Origin: Cetobacterium sp.
GTDB lineage: Bacteria > Fusobacteriota > Fusobacteriia > Fusobacteriales > Fusobacteriaceae
NCBI RefSeq assembly: GCF_051658645.1
Contig: NZ_JBOFMZ010000035.1
Location: 40,678 to 104,677, forward strand
Length of the DNA: 64,000 bases
Direction: 5' to 3'
Part shown: piece after piece, positions 8,644 to 18,773 of the stretch
Position numbering within the stretch: position 1 is the first letter of the stretch
Layout: every line of letters starts with the position of its first letter
Made by a program: the position numbers and the translations under genes
The notes under the pieces: model-generated
What the model saw: the letters and a program-made list of their open reading frames with translations, nothing else
Database searches by the model: none
Told to the model about the DNA's origin: nothing

Positions 8644-9369
8644 ATGATTTTTCAAAGAACAGAGTTGTTAATAGGTGAAGAGAAACTAAGTAAATTAAAG
8701 AATTCTCATATACTCATATTTGGAGTAGGTGGAGTAGGTGGTTTTGCAGTAGAATCTTTAGTTAGAGCAGGAGTAGGAGAATTAACAGTTGTTGATTTTG
8801 ATACTATAGATATAACAAATTTAAATAGACAAATAATAGCAACACAAGATACAATAGGCCAAGATAAAGTTGAAGTAATAAAAAATAGAGCACTATCAAT
8901 TAATCCAAATATAAAAATAAATATTTATAAAGAAAAATTTTCCAAAGAAAAAAAAGAGTTGTTTTTTTCAAATGATAAAAAATATACTTATATAATTGAT
9001 GCAATAGATTTAGTTACAGCAAAATTAGATCTAATAACTATAGCAAAAGAATTAAATATTCCAATAATCTCATCAATGGGAACAGGAAATAAAATAAATC
9101 CAACAATGCTAGATATTACAGATATTAGTAAAACATCTGTTTGCCCTTTAGCTAAAATTATGAGAAAAGAATTGAAAAAAAGAAGAATTGGAAAAGTAAA
9201 GGTACTTTTTTCAAGAGAGTTAGCTATGAAGCCAAAAATTATTGATGGAGATAGATTAAAACAAAATAATGTAGGAAGTATATCGTTTGTTCCATCGGTA
9301 GCAGGACTTATAATAGCTAGTGAGGTTATAAAAGATATAACTGGTTTAAAAAATTATGGAGGAAATTAA
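8644..9369 (+). CDS. tcdA: tRNA threonylcarbamoyladenosine dehydratase (ThiF/E1-like)
   Basis: GVGGVG, DFDTIDITNLNRQ, IDAID, SSMGTGNK, SVCPLAK and GSISFVP, all typical of TcdA. Confidence 0.88.
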   Translation: MIFQRTELLIGEEKLSKLKNSHILIFGVGGVGGFAVESLVRAGVGELTVVDFDTIDITNLNRQIIATQDTIGQDKVEVIKNRALSINPNIKINIYKEKFSKEKKELFFSNDKKYTYIIDAIDLVTAKLDLITIAKELNIPIISSMGTGNKINPTMLDITDISKTSVCPLAKIMRKELKKRRIGKVKVLFSRELAMKPKIIDGDRLKQNNVGSISFVPSVAGLIIASEVIKDITGLKNYGGN

Positions 9370-9370
9370 T

Positions 9371-9874
9371 ATGAAAAAAATAGGGATTTTTTATGGAACA
9401 ACTTCTGGAATAACAGTAGGAATAGTAGATGAAATTGAATTTTATTTAAGAGGATTAGATTATGATGTATTTGATGTAGCTGATGGAATAACAGAGATGT
9501 CAAATTTAGAAAATATAATTTTAGTTTCTCCAACTTATGGAGTTGGAGAGTTACAGAAAGATTGGGAGAATGTATATGAAGAGTTCAAAAATATAGATTT
9601 TACAGGGAAAATAGTAGGAATAGTAGGAGTAGGAAATCAGTTTGCATTTGGAGAATCATATGTAGGAGCTATGAGAAAGTTATATGATGTAGTTAAAAAA
9701 AATGGAGCTAAAATAGTAGGATATACATCGATAGAAGGATATAAATACGAGGAAACAGAATCTGTAATAGATAATATGTTTATAGGTTTAGCTTTAGATG
9801 AAAGTAATCAAGATAACGAAACTCCAGATAGAATAAAAGCGTGGATAGAAGAGATTAAACCATTATTTAATTAA
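9371..9874 (+). CDS. Long-chain flavodoxin
   Basis: KIGIFYGTTSGIT FMN loop, PTYGVGELQ, GVGNQ, FIGLALDE. Confidence 0.9.
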   Translation: MKKIGIFYGTTSGITVGIVDEIEFYLRGLDYDVFDVADGITEMSNLENIILVSPTYGVGELQKDWENVYEEFKNIDFTGKIVGIVGVGNQFAFGESYVGAMRKLYDVVKKNGAKIVGYTSIEGYKYEETESVIDNMFIGLALDESNQDNETPDRIKAWIEEIKPLFN

Positions 9875-9884
9875 GGAGAAACTT

Positions 9885-10184
9885 ATGAAAACAAAAGAAT
9901 ATATAACATTAAATCAATCAGAAGTTAAAGAATTATTAAAAGATAAAAATATAAAAATTTTAGATGTTAGAACAGAAGAGGAATATTTAGAAAAGTTTTT
10001 AGAAAATTCATTAAATATACCTCTTCATGAATTAGAAGAAAGAATGACTGAACTAGAAAAAGATAAAACCTATATAACTTTTTGTAGAAGTGGAGTACGT
10101 TCAAAAGCAGCAGCATCGATACTTTTAGAAAAAGGAATAGAAAAAGTTTATAATTCAGAAGAAGGAATTTTAACTTGGAAATAA
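9885..10184 (+). CDS. Single-domain rhodanese-like sulfurtransferase
   Basis: ILDVRT..E, NIPL and active-site loop CRSGVRS. Confidence 0.9.
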   Translation: MKTKEYITLNQSEVKELLKDKNIKILDVRTEEEYLEKFLENSLNIPLHELEERMTELEKDKTYITFCRSGVRSKAAASILLEKGIEKVYNSEEGILTWK

Positions 10185-10210
10185 ATTTTAATTAAAAAAT
10201 TTGAATAAGG

Positions 10211-10238
10211 AGGGTGTGTTATTTAGCACCCTTTTTTT
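10211..10238 (+). terminator. Intrinsic terminator after the rhodanese gene
   Basis: AGGGTG...CACCCT stem followed by T7. Confidence 0.7.
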
Positions 10239-10394
10239 CAATACTTTAATTTTTTTTAAGGCTAATTAGAGTCTTGAGAGTTTCAAAATAACAATAAATA
10301 GAAAGGTTAAATTCTCTTAAAATAAATTTTTAAAAAATAAAAAATATGGTATACTTTATATTATACAAAGTTAATATTTTTGCGGGAGGATGTT

Positions 10395-11378
10395 ATGACA
10401 CAAGGAAACTTAGAAATAGATAAAGATATAGATGAAACTGCGTTACTGAAAGTAGAAAAGTTGAATGAAAATGATCAAGAAGAAGTAACAGTAGATCCAA
10501 ATAAATTATATAATGTTTTAGGAGTTATGTTTGAAACTACAAGAAAAAGGTATAGCTTCGAAATAACAGATGATTCAGAATATAAAAAAGGTGATAAAGT
10601 AATAGTTGATACTATAAGAGGAAAAGAGATTGGTGTTGTTTATGGTGCACCGATGAAGTTGCCTGAAAGAGTTTTAGTATTACCATTAAAACCAGTTATA
10701 AAAAAAGCAGAAGAGGAAGAATTGAAAAAATATGAAGCTCTTCGTTTAGAGGGAAAATTGGCATATAAAGCTTGTAAAGAAAAAATTGCTCATCATAAAT
10801 TGCCCATGAAATTAATAGAAGCAGAGTTTACTTTTGATAAAACAAAATTGATATTTTATTTCACTGCAGAAGGAAGAATAGATTTTAGAGAATTAGTAAA
10901 GGATTTAGCAAATATATTTAAATTGAGAATAGAATTAAGACAAATTGGTGTGAGAGATGAAGCTAGAATACTTGGAAATATAGGAGTATGTGGAAAAGAA
11001 CTTTGTTGTAGAACATTTATAAATAAATTTGATTCAGTTTCAATAAAAATGGCTAGAGATCAAGGTTTAGTAATTAATCCAACAAAAATATCAGGAGTGT
11101 GTGGTAGACTTTTATGTTGTATAAATTATGAATACAAACAGTATGAAGAAGCTTTAAAAATTTTCCCTGCAGTGAATCAAATTGTAAAAACTACAAAAGG
11201 TGATGGAAAAGTATTAAGTATAAGTCCTTTAAATGGTTTTTTATATATAGATATTGAAGGAAAAGGAATAATGAAAATTCTTATTGAAGAAATAAAGTTT
11301 AATAAGAAAGAAGCTAAAAAATTACAGAATGTTTTATCAAATGAAGAGTTAAAACATAAATCTTTAGAAAAGGAGTAA
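10395..11378 (+). CDS. PSP1-domain protein (YaaT/RicT family)
   Basis: FYFTAEGRIDFRELVKDLA, RIELRQIGVRDEA and Cys clusters CGKELCC / CGRLLCC; start moved to ATG 10395 behind GGAGG. Confidence 0.92.
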   Translation: MTQGNLEIDKDIDETALLKVEKLNENDQEEVTVDPNKLYNVLGVMFETTRKRYSFEITDDSEYKKGDKVIVDTIRGKEIGVVYGAPMKLPERVLVLPLKPVIKKAEEEELKKYEALRLEGKLAYKACKEKIAHHKLPMKLIEAEFTFDKTKLIFYFTAEGRIDFRELVKDLANIFKLRIELRQIGVRDEARILGNIGVCGKELCCRTFINKFDSVSIKMARDQGLVINPTKISGVCGRLLCCINYEYKQYEEALKIFPAVNQIVKTTKGDGKVLSISPLNGFLYIDIEGKGIMKILIEEIKFNKKEAKKLQNVLSNEELKHKSLEKE

Positions 11379-11386
11379 TTGAATTA

Positions 11387-12061
11387 ATGATTTTTGAAAA
11401 CGAAGATATAGCTAATATTTATGAAGGATATACTTTAATTCAGAAAAAGGAAGGGTTTAGATTTGGAACTGATGCAGTTTTATTAGCTGATTTTTTTAAT
11501 GGAAAAAAAAATGCTAAAGTATTAGAAATTGGAACAGGGAATGGAATAATACCAGTACTTTTGTGTGCTAAGGATAAAATTACTAAAATAAAGGCAGTTG
11601 AAATTCAACAAGAAATTGCAGAGTTAGCAATAAGAAATATTAAAAGAAATAATTTACAAGATAAAGTTGAAGTTGTAAATATGGATATAAAAAATATTAC
11701 AGAGGGAAATACTTATGATTATATAATTTCTAATCCACCTTATATGGTTTTAGATGGAAAAGAAATAAACGATAAAGATATTAAAAGTATTGCAAGACAC
11801 GAAATCAAACTTAATCTAAAAGAATTTATAGCTAATGCTAAAAGGTTATTAAAGCCAAGAGGCGAACTATTTATGGTTCATAAAAGTTATAGATTTTTAG
11901 AGATATCAGAGGAACTTGGAAAATGTGGCTTCTCTGTAAAAAGAGTAAGATTTGTACACTATTCTAAAGATAAAGATTCTAGTATAGTTTTGATTGAAGC
12001 TAGTAAAGGAAGAAAAAATATGTTGAAAATAGAAACTCCAATTTTTTTAAACGATAATTAG
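11387..12061 (+). CDS. tRNA1(Val) (adenine37-N6)-methyltransferase family (YabB/TrmN6)
   Basis: GFRFGTDAVLL, LEIGTGNG, SNPPY, SIARHE motifs. Confidence 0.88.
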   Translation: MIFENEDIANIYEGYTLIQKKEGFRFGTDAVLLADFFNGKKNAKVLEIGTGNGIIPVLLCAKDKITKIKAVEIQQEIAELAIRNIKRNNLQDKVEVVNMDIKNITEGNTYDYIISNPPYMVLDGKEINDKDIKSIARHEIKLNLKEFIANAKRLLKPRGELFMVHKSYRFLEISEELGKCGFSVKRVRFVHYSKDKDSSIVLIEASKGRKNMLKIETPIFLNDN

Positions 12062-12072
12062 AGATACTTTAT

Positions 12073-12099
12073 GGGAGAGGAGTAACCTCTCCCTATTTT
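12073..12099 (+). terminator. Intrinsic terminator/hairpin after the methyltransferase
   Basis: GGGAGAGG-AGTAA-CCTCTCCC followed by TATTTT. Confidence 0.7.
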
Positions 12100-12144
12100 A
12101 ATGTAGTAAATGAGAAGTCATAAACATAGGAGTGATTATAAGAA

Positions 12145-13338
12145 ATGAGGGTTTATAGTGTAACAGAATTTAATAAAATGGTAAAAGAATATATAGATGA
12201 AAATCCAAATTTCCAAGAATTTTTTCTAGAAGGAGAGTTATCAGGAGTTACATATTACAAAAGTGGTCATTTATATTTTACATTGAAAGATAAAAATAGC
12301 CAAATAAAGTGTGCTGCATTTAATTATAAATTTAAAAAAATAGCGGATGATTTAAAAGAAGGGGATTCAGTAAAAGTTTTTGGAGATGTTGGTTTTTACG
12401 AGACACGAGGAGATTTTCAAATTTTAGTTAGACATATTAAAAAAGAAGATAAACTTGGTGAAATGTTTCAAAAGTTAGAGAAGTTAAAAATAAAATTAGA
12501 AAAAGAGGGTATTTTCTCATCTTTATTAAAAAAACAGCTACCGAAATATCCAAACTCTATAGGTATTGTAACAGCATATACAGGAGCTGCATTTCATGAT
12601 ATTGTAAAGACAACTAGAAAAAGATTTAGTAATATTGATATTTATATATATTCAGCAAAAGTTCAAGGAGTAGGAGCAAAAGAAGAGATTATTAAAGGAA
12701 TAGAAGTTTTAAATAAAATTCCAGAAATAGACTTAATTATAGCTGGCCGTGGTGGTGGAAGTATAGAAGACTTATGGGCTTTTAATGAAGAGGATGTTGT
12801 AAAAGCTTTTTATAAAAGTGAAAAGCCAATAATATCTGCAGTAGGTCATGAAATAGATAATTTACTTTCTGATTTAGCAGCAGATATTAGAGCAGCAACA
12901 CCAACAGGAGCAGTAGAAATAGCAATTCCTGTAAAAGTTGAGATAGAAACTAGACTAGCAGAAAAAGAGATTAAGTTAAAAGCTAGTATAGATAGAATAT
13001 TAAAAAGAAGTAAAGAAAATTTGGAGAATGTTAAAAATAATTATGTATTAAAAAGATTTATAAAAGTAGTTGAAGAAAAAAAATCAGTATTAATTTCTAA
13101 AGAAGAAAAGCTGAATAAAACTTTAAATAATTTTTTACAAAAAAAATATCATGAATTAGATATTAGAACAGAAAAAACAATAGGTTTAAATCCTTTGGGT
13201 GTTTTAAAAAGAGGTTATAGTATAACCAAAGTTAATGGTGTATTTATAAAAAATACTTCAAAAATAAAGATTGGAGATAAAATTGAAACAGTTCTAGAAA
13301 GTGGTAAAATAATTAGTGAAGTAAAGGAGATTTTTTAA
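12145..13338 (+). CDS. xseA: Exodeoxyribonuclease VII large subunit
   Basis: OB-fold (SGHLYFTLKD), GRGGGSIEDLWAFN, SAVGHEID, AATPT, LKRGYSI. Confidence 0.95.
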   Translation: MRVYSVTEFNKMVKEYIDENPNFQEFFLEGELSGVTYYKSGHLYFTLKDKNSQIKCAAFNYKFKKIADDLKEGDSVKVFGDVGFYETRGDFQILVRHIKKEDKLGEMFQKLEKLKIKLEKEGIFSSLLKKQLPKYPNSIGIVTAYTGAAFHDIVKTTRKRFSNIDIYIYSAKVQGVGAKEEIIKGIEVLNKIPEIDLIIAGRGGGSIEDLWAFNEEDVVKAFYKSEKPIISAVGHEIDNLLSDLAADIRAATPTGAVEIAIPVKVEIETRLAEKEIKLKASIDRILKRSKENLENVKNNYVLKRFIKVVEEKKSVLISKEEKLNKTLNNFLQKKYHELDIRTEKTIGLNPLGVLKRGYSITKVNGVFIKNTSKIKIGDKIETVLESGKIISEVKEIF

Positions 13339-13339
13339 A

Positions 13340-13960
13340 ATGAAAAAAATATTAGTAACACTATTTATAATTTTAAGTTTTATGGCTTTAGGAGATGAAA
13401 GACCTGGTCAAATACAAAATTTAGAAAATCAAATAGCGAGACAAGAAGATAGAGATAAAGCTGCGGTTTTAATAAAAGAGTATGAAAAATACTTTAAAAG
13501 TTATTTGTCATCAATTAATAGTGATGAAAATAAGATATTTTATTTGGGAGATCAATATTTTAGAAATAGAAAATATGAACGAGCTGCACAAATATTTAGT
13601 AGCAATATAGATAGCTCTAGGAATTTATTTGGAGCTGCTACAAGTTATAGATTTATAGGTGAGTATAACAAAGCTGTAGATTTCTATAGTGTAGCAATAA
13701 GTATTGAACCAAGTATGAAAGAAGCTTACTTAGGAAGAGGATTGGCATATAGAAATTTAGGCAGATATAATAAAGCAGTTGATGATTTAGAAATATATAT
13801 GAATTATTCACCAACTGTTGAGGGATTTTTAGCAATAGGAGACATCTATATAGCTGAAAAAAAAATTGATAAAGCTAGAGAAGTACTACAAGAAGGAAGA
13901 AAGTTACATCCTCAATCAAAAGAGATTAGCAATATGCTAACATCAACATATTCTAAATAG
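13340..13960 (+). CDS. Exported tetratricopeptide-repeat protein
   Basis: Signal-peptide-like N-terminus; TPR patterns (AYLGRGLAYRNLGRYNKAVDDL). Confidence 0.8.
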   Translation: MKKILVTLFIILSFMALGDERPGQIQNLENQIARQEDRDKAAVLIKEYEKYFKSYLSSINSDENKIFYLGDQYFRNRKYERAAQIFSSNIDSSRNLFGAATSYRFIGEYNKAVDFYSVAISIEPSMKEAYLGRGLAYRNLGRYNKAVDDLEIYMNYSPTVEGFLAIGDIYIAEKKIDKAREVLQEGRKLHPQSKEISNMLTSTYSK

Positions 13961-13974
13961 AAAAGAGGTTTTTT

Positions 13975-15039
13975 ATGGAATGGTATCGTTTAAAATTAAT
14001 AGGATTAAAAAGCAGTAAAATTAGAGCTTTGATGAATACTTGTAAAAGGTATAAAGATATTTTCACTAATTTAGATGAACTTAAAAATTTATTAAATTTA
14101 ACTGAGGAAGATACTAAACTAATATTGAATTCAAGTAATAGTGAAAAATATGTGGAAGTTACAAATTTTTTAGACAAAAACCAAATAGGACTTATTGATA
14201 TGAACGATTATAGATATTCAAATAATTTAAAAAATACAGCAAAACCTCCATTGTTTCTTTTTTACAAAGGAAATATAGAGCTTTTAAACAAAGAAAGAGT
14301 GATATCTATTGTTGGTACTAGAAGATCAACAAAATATGGAGAATTAGGATGTCAATCAATAGTTAAAGATTTGATAGATGGAGAAGTTGTAGTTGTTAGT
14401 GGACTTGCATTGGGAATAGATTCTCTGGCTCATGGTGAAGCTTTAAAGTTAAAAGGAAAAACAGTGGCTGTTTTAGGTTGTGGAATAAATATAAATTATC
14501 CTAGAACAAATTTAAAATTAAGAAAAGAAATAGAAAAGGATGGTTTAGTAATATCAGAATTCCCACTAGGAACAGAACCTACACCAGAGAAGTTTCCAAT
14601 AAGAAATAGAATAATTGCTGGATTAAGCAAAGGAACAGTTGTTGTAGAAAGTTCTTTAAAAGGTGGAAGTTTAATAACAGCAAATCAAGCTTTAGAAGAG
14701 GCAAGAGATGTTTTTGCACTGCCAGGTGATATAACTTATCCTCTTTCTAAAGGTTGCAATGAGCTAATAAAAAGTTCTAGAGCAAAACTAATAACAAGTG
14801 GTGAAGATATTTTAAAAGAGTATAATTGGGATAAAAAAAAGGAATCTAAAGATGAAATTAACAGATTAACGGGAATAAAATTAAAAATATATAGTGTATT
14901 AAAAACGAAAATGAATTTAGAAGAAATTAAAAGAGAAGTTGTTTCTAACACAAGTGAATTACTGAGTAATTTGATGGAGTTAGAAATAGAAGGTTACGTT
15001 CAAAGTTTGCCTGGAGGACATTATAGAAGACGTTTGTAA
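13975..15039 (+). CDS. dprA: DNA-processing protein DprA
   Basis: SIVGTR, VVSGLALGIDSLAH, FPIRNRIIAGLS, GSLITA, GCNELIK; C-terminal winged helix. Confidence 0.95.
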   Translation: MEWYRLKLIGLKSSKIRALMNTCKRYKDIFTNLDELKNLLNLTEEDTKLILNSSNSEKYVEVTNFLDKNQIGLIDMNDYRYSNNLKNTAKPPLFLFYKGNIELLNKERVISIVGTRRSTKYGELGCQSIVKDLIDGEVVVVSGLALGIDSLAHGEALKLKGKTVAVLGCGININYPRTNLKLRKEIEKDGLVISEFPLGTEPTPEKFPIRNRIIAGLSKGTVVVESSLKGGSLITANQALEEARDVFALPGDITYPLSKGCNELIKSSRAKLITSGEDILKEYNWDKKKESKDEINRLTGIKLKIYSVLKTKMNLEEIKREVVSNTSELLSNLMELEIEGYVQSLPGGHYRRRL

Positions 15040-15061
15040 ATGGGAAACTTAGTACCATTAG

Positions 15062-15090
15062 TTGATTTTTTTATTGTTTTCTAATATAAT
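15062..15090 (+). promoter_or_regulatory. Sigma70-type promoter for topA
   Basis: TTGATT (15062-15067) - 17 nt - TATAAT (15085-15090). Confidence 0.6.
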
Positions 15091-15135
15091 TAAGAGCGAA
15101 TAATGTATATAGAGAAAAATTTAGGGGTGAAAATA

Positions 15136-17394
15136 GTGGCGAAAAAAAATTTAGTAATAGTGGAATCTCCTGCAAAAGCGAAAACAATTGAAAAAATATT
15201 GGGGAATAATTTTCATGTTACAGCTTCATTTGGACATGTAAGAGATTTACCTAAAAGTAAGATTGGAGTAGACGTGGGGGATGGATTCAAACCGAGTTAT
15301 TCTACAATAAGAGGAAAAGGTGACATAATAAAAACTTTAAAAGATTTAGCTAAAAAATCAAATAAAGTATATTTAGCATCCGATCCAGATAGAGAGGGTG
15401 AAGCTATTGCTTGGCATTTAGCACAAACACTTAAACTAGATGAAAATGAAGCTAATAGAATAGAGTTTAATGAAATAACGAATGGTGCAATAAGAGATGC
15501 AATAAAAAATCCTAGAAAAGTTGATATTAATAGAGTTAATGCACAGCAAGCGAGAAGAATATTAGATAGACTTGTAGGATATGAGATAAGTCCATTGTTA
15601 TGGAAATCGATCTCTTCAAATACAAGTGCAGGAAGAGTTCAATCAGTGGCATTGAAACTAGTTTGTGACTTAGAAGATAAAATCACAAAATTTGTTCCTG
15701 AAAAATTCTGGGATATAAAAGGTGAATTTCAAAATAACATGAATCTTTATCTTTATAAAGTAGAAGGAAAAAGATTTGAAAGAATAACTGATGAAGATAT
15801 AATGAAAAATGTACAGTTAACATTACATTCAGAGTATGAAGTTATAAACTCTAAAGTTAGCAAAAAAAATAAAAATCCACCGTTACCATTAAAAACGAGT
15901 ACATTACAGCAATTATCATCATCATATTTAGGATTTTCAGCTTCAAAAACTATGTCTGTAGCTCAAAGTTTGTACGAAGGAATAAGTATAGATGGAACTC
16001 AAAAAGGTTTGATAACTTATATGAGAACAGATTCAACAAGAGTTTCTGAAGAAGCAAAAGGTATGGCAAAAAGCTATATAACTGAGGTATTTGGAGAACA
16101 ATATCTTGGTAAAGATGTTGTTAAGAAGAAAAAAGATGAAAAAATTCAAGATGCCCATGAAGCTGTTAGACCAACAGAGATATATTTAGTACCCGATAAA
16201 ATAAAAAAAGATTTAAGTCTAGATCAGTATAAGTTATATAAACTTATTTGGGATAGATTTATGATTTCTAGATTAGCACCAATGCAGTATGAACAATTTG
16301 AAATAATTCTTGAAAATGGTTTTTATCAATTTAGAGGAACTTTAAATAAGATAATTTTTGATGGTTATTATAAAGTTTTTAAAGATGAAGAAGAGCTTCC
16401 TTTAGGAGAATTTCCAACTATAAATGAAGGAGATTTCTTAGAGTTAAATAAGTTGAACATAAAGGAAGATTGGACAAAACCACCAGCAAGATTGACAGAG
16501 TCATCATTGGTAAAAAGATTAGAAGCTGATGGAATTGGAAGACCTTCAACATACGCAGCTATAATAGAAACTTTAAAAAAGAGAGAATATGTTATTCTTG
16601 AAGGGAAAAGTTTTGTTCCAACAGAGCTAGGGTATGAAATTAAAACTATACTAGAAAATAATTTTAAAGATATAATGGATGTAAAGTTTACAGCAGCTTT
16701 AGAGAATGGACTAGACTCTGTTGAAGAGGGTGAAAAGAATTGGGTTGAAATCTTAGAAGATTTTTACTCAAAATTATCAAAAGATTTAGAACTTTATAAA
16801 ATTAAAGTTGAAGAAGAATCAAGCAGAATAATAACATCAGATGTTCCGTGTCCATGTGGAAATGGAAATATGATTATGAAAAATGGTAGATTTGGAAGAT
16901 ACTTGTGTTGTACAGATGAAGAGTGTAAGGAAAAATATTCTTTGAAAGGCTTAGATGTTTCATTAGAAGCTATAAAATCTGGAGATATAAAGGTTAAAGA
17001 AGCTTTAGAAGAACAATTGAGAGTAAAGCAAGGCAAAATGACAGATGTTTGTTCAGCTGCTGGAAATAGATTACTTTTAAAACTAGGTAGATTCGGTAGC
17101 TATTTAGAAAGTGAAAACTTTAAAGAGGATAATGAAAGAGTTTCTTTACCTGGAGAAGTAAAAAAGCTATTAATGAATGGTTCTATTGAAGAGGAAAACG
17201 GAATAGTTCAATTAAAATGGATAATGGATGGAATTCAAAAAGAAGAAGAAGAGATTCTTAAAAATGCAGGAAACTGTGAAAAATGTGGAAAACCTTTTAA
17301 AATTGGAAGAGGAAGATGGGGTAAATTCTTGGCTTGTACAGGATATCCAGATTGCAAAAATATAAAAAAATTAGAAAAAGATAAAAAAGAGTAG
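15136..17394 (+). CDS. topA: DNA topoisomerase I
   Basis: LVIVESPAK, DPDREGE, SAGRVQS, ITYMRTDS (catalytic Tyr), AHEAVRPT and C-terminal zinc ribbons; GTG start at 15136 behind AGGGGTG (ORF track starts at 15103). Confidence 0.97.
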   Translation: MAKKNLVIVESPAKAKTIEKILGNNFHVTASFGHVRDLPKSKIGVDVGDGFKPSYSTIRGKGDIIKTLKDLAKKSNKVYLASDPDREGEAIAWHLAQTLKLDENEANRIEFNEITNGAIRDAIKNPRKVDINRVNAQQARRILDRLVGYEISPLLWKSISSNTSAGRVQSVALKLVCDLEDKITKFVPEKFWDIKGEFQNNMNLYLYKVEGKRFERITDEDIMKNVQLTLHSEYEVINSKVSKKNKNPPLPLKTSTLQQLSSSYLGFSASKTMSVAQSLYEGISIDGTQKGLITYMRTDSTRVSEEAKGMAKSYITEVFGEQYLGKDVVKKKKDEKIQDAHEAVRPTEIYLVPDKIKKDLSLDQYKLYKLIWDRFMISRLAPMQYEQFEIILENGFYQFRGTLNKIIFDGYYKVFKDEEELPLGEFPTINEGDFLELNKLNIKEDWTKPPARLTESSLVKRLEADGIGRPSTYAAIIETLKKREYVILEGKSFVPTELGYEIKTILENNFKDIMDVKFTAALENGLDSVEEGEKNWVEILEDFYSKLSKDLELYKIKVEEESSRIITSDVPCPCGNGNMIMKNGRFGRYLCCTDEECKEKYSLKGLDVSLEAIKSGDIKVKEALEEQLRVKQGKMTDVCSAAGNRLLLKLGRFGSYLESENFKEDNERVSLPGEVKKLLMNGSIEEENGIVQLKWIMDGIQKEEEEILKNAGNCEKCGKPFKIGRGRWGKFLACTGYPDCKNIKKLEKDKKE

Positions 17395-17398
17395 CAAT

Positions 17399-17428
17399 AA
17401 AAGACTCGCCTTTGTAGGCGAGGCTTTT
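17399..17428 (+). terminator. Terminator-like hairpin between topA and trmFO
   Basis: CTCGCCT-TTGT-AGGCGAG core, flanked by AAAAG / CTTTT. Confidence 0.65.
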
Positions 17429-17450
17429 GTATGTATAAAAAGGAGAGAAT

Positions 17451-18761
17451 ATGATAAAAAAAGAAGTAATCGTAATAGGAGCAGGACTAGCTGGTTCAGA
17501 AGCAGCCTACCAATTAGCAAAACATGGAGTAAAAGTTAAGTTATATGAAATGAGATCGAAAGTTTCAACAGAAGCTCATACAAGTAATAAATTTGCTGAG
17601 TTAGTTTGTAGTAACTCTTTAGGAGGAGACCATTTAGGAAATGCTTCTGGACTTATGAAAGAAGAGCTAAGAAGAATGGGTTCGTTATTAATAGAGATAG
17701 CAGATGATGTTAAGGTTCCAGCTGGACAAGCATTAGCTGTGGATAGAGAAGGATTCTCTGAAAGAGTAACAGAGAAGTTACATTCTATGGAAAATATAGA
17801 GATATTTAATGAAGAGTTAAAAGAGATACCAAAAGATAAAATTGTAATTGTTGCAAGTGGACCTTTAACATCAGATAATCTTTCAAAAAATATAGCAGAA
17901 TTATTAGAGCAAGAATATTTATATTTCTATGATGCAGCAGCTCCAATAGTTACTTTAGAATCTATTGACCAAGATAAAGTGTTCTATCAGTCAAGATATG
18001 ATAAAGGAGAGGGAGAGTATATAAATTGTCCTATGAATAAAGAGCAGTACGAAGCTTTTTACGATGCCTTAATTACAGCGGAAAGAGCTCCTATGAAAAA
18101 GTTTGAAGAAGAGAAGCTTTTTGAAGCTTGTATGCCTGTAGAGAGAATAGCTCAAAGAGGATTCAAAACTTTATTATTTGGACCATTAAAACCAAAAGGA
18201 TTAATTAATCCTAGAACAGAAAAGCAAGAGTTTGCAGTAGTTCAATTAAGACAAGATGATAAAGATGGAAAATTGTATAATTTAGTAGGATTCCAAACGA
18301 ATTTAAAATGGGGAGAGCAAAAAAGAGTGTTCTCAATGATACCTGGATTAGAAAATGCTGAGTTTATAAGATATGGAGTAATGCATAGAAATACTTTTAT
18401 AAATTCAACAAAGTTATTAACACCAGCTTTAAACTTAAAAAGTAATGACAACATATACTTTGCTGGGCAGATAACTGGTGGAGAGGGATATGTTTGTGCA
18501 ATTGCTACAGGATTAATGGCAGCAACAAATATTTTAAGAAAAATGGATGGAAAAGAGCCATTAATATTAGATGATAGAAGTTCAATAGGAGCAATAATTA
18601 AATATATAACAGAAGAAAAAAAGAATTTCCAACCAATGGGAGCAAATTTTGGAGTAATAAGATCATTAGAAGAAAGAATAAAAGATAAAAGAGAAAAATA
18701 TAAAAAGATTTCAGAAATAGCCTTAAACTATTTAGAAGAAAAATTAAATGAAGAGAAATAA
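17451..18761 (+). CDS. trmFO: Folate/FAD-dependent tRNA (uracil54-C5)-methyltransferase
   Basis: GAGLAGSEAA, ELVCSNS, YFYDAAAP, FEACMP, GVMHRNTF, AGQITG. Confidence 0.96.
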   Translation: MIKKEVIVIGAGLAGSEAAYQLAKHGVKVKLYEMRSKVSTEAHTSNKFAELVCSNSLGGDHLGNASGLMKEELRRMGSLLIEIADDVKVPAGQALAVDREGFSERVTEKLHSMENIEIFNEELKEIPKDKIVIVASGPLTSDNLSKNIAELLEQEYLYFYDAAAPIVTLESIDQDKVFYQSRYDKGEGEYINCPMNKEQYEAFYDALITAERAPMKKFEEEKLFEACMPVERIAQRGFKTLLFGPLKPKGLINPRTEKQEFAVVQLRQDDKDGKLYNLVGFQTNLKWGEQKRVFSMIPGLENAEFIRYGVMHRNTFINSTKLLTPALNLKSNDNIYFAGQITGGEGYVCAIATGLMAATNILRKMDGKEPLILDDRSSIGAIIKYITEEKKNFQPMGANFGVIRSLEERIKDKREKYKKISEIALNYLEEKLNEEK

Positions 18762-18773
18762 AAGGAGTTAGGG

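Noticed and set aside
10395-12061. yaaT-yabB pair without yabA, and xerC not followed by hslVU-codY
   Set aside because: Ordinary synteny erosion relative to Firmicutes; no new system is implied.
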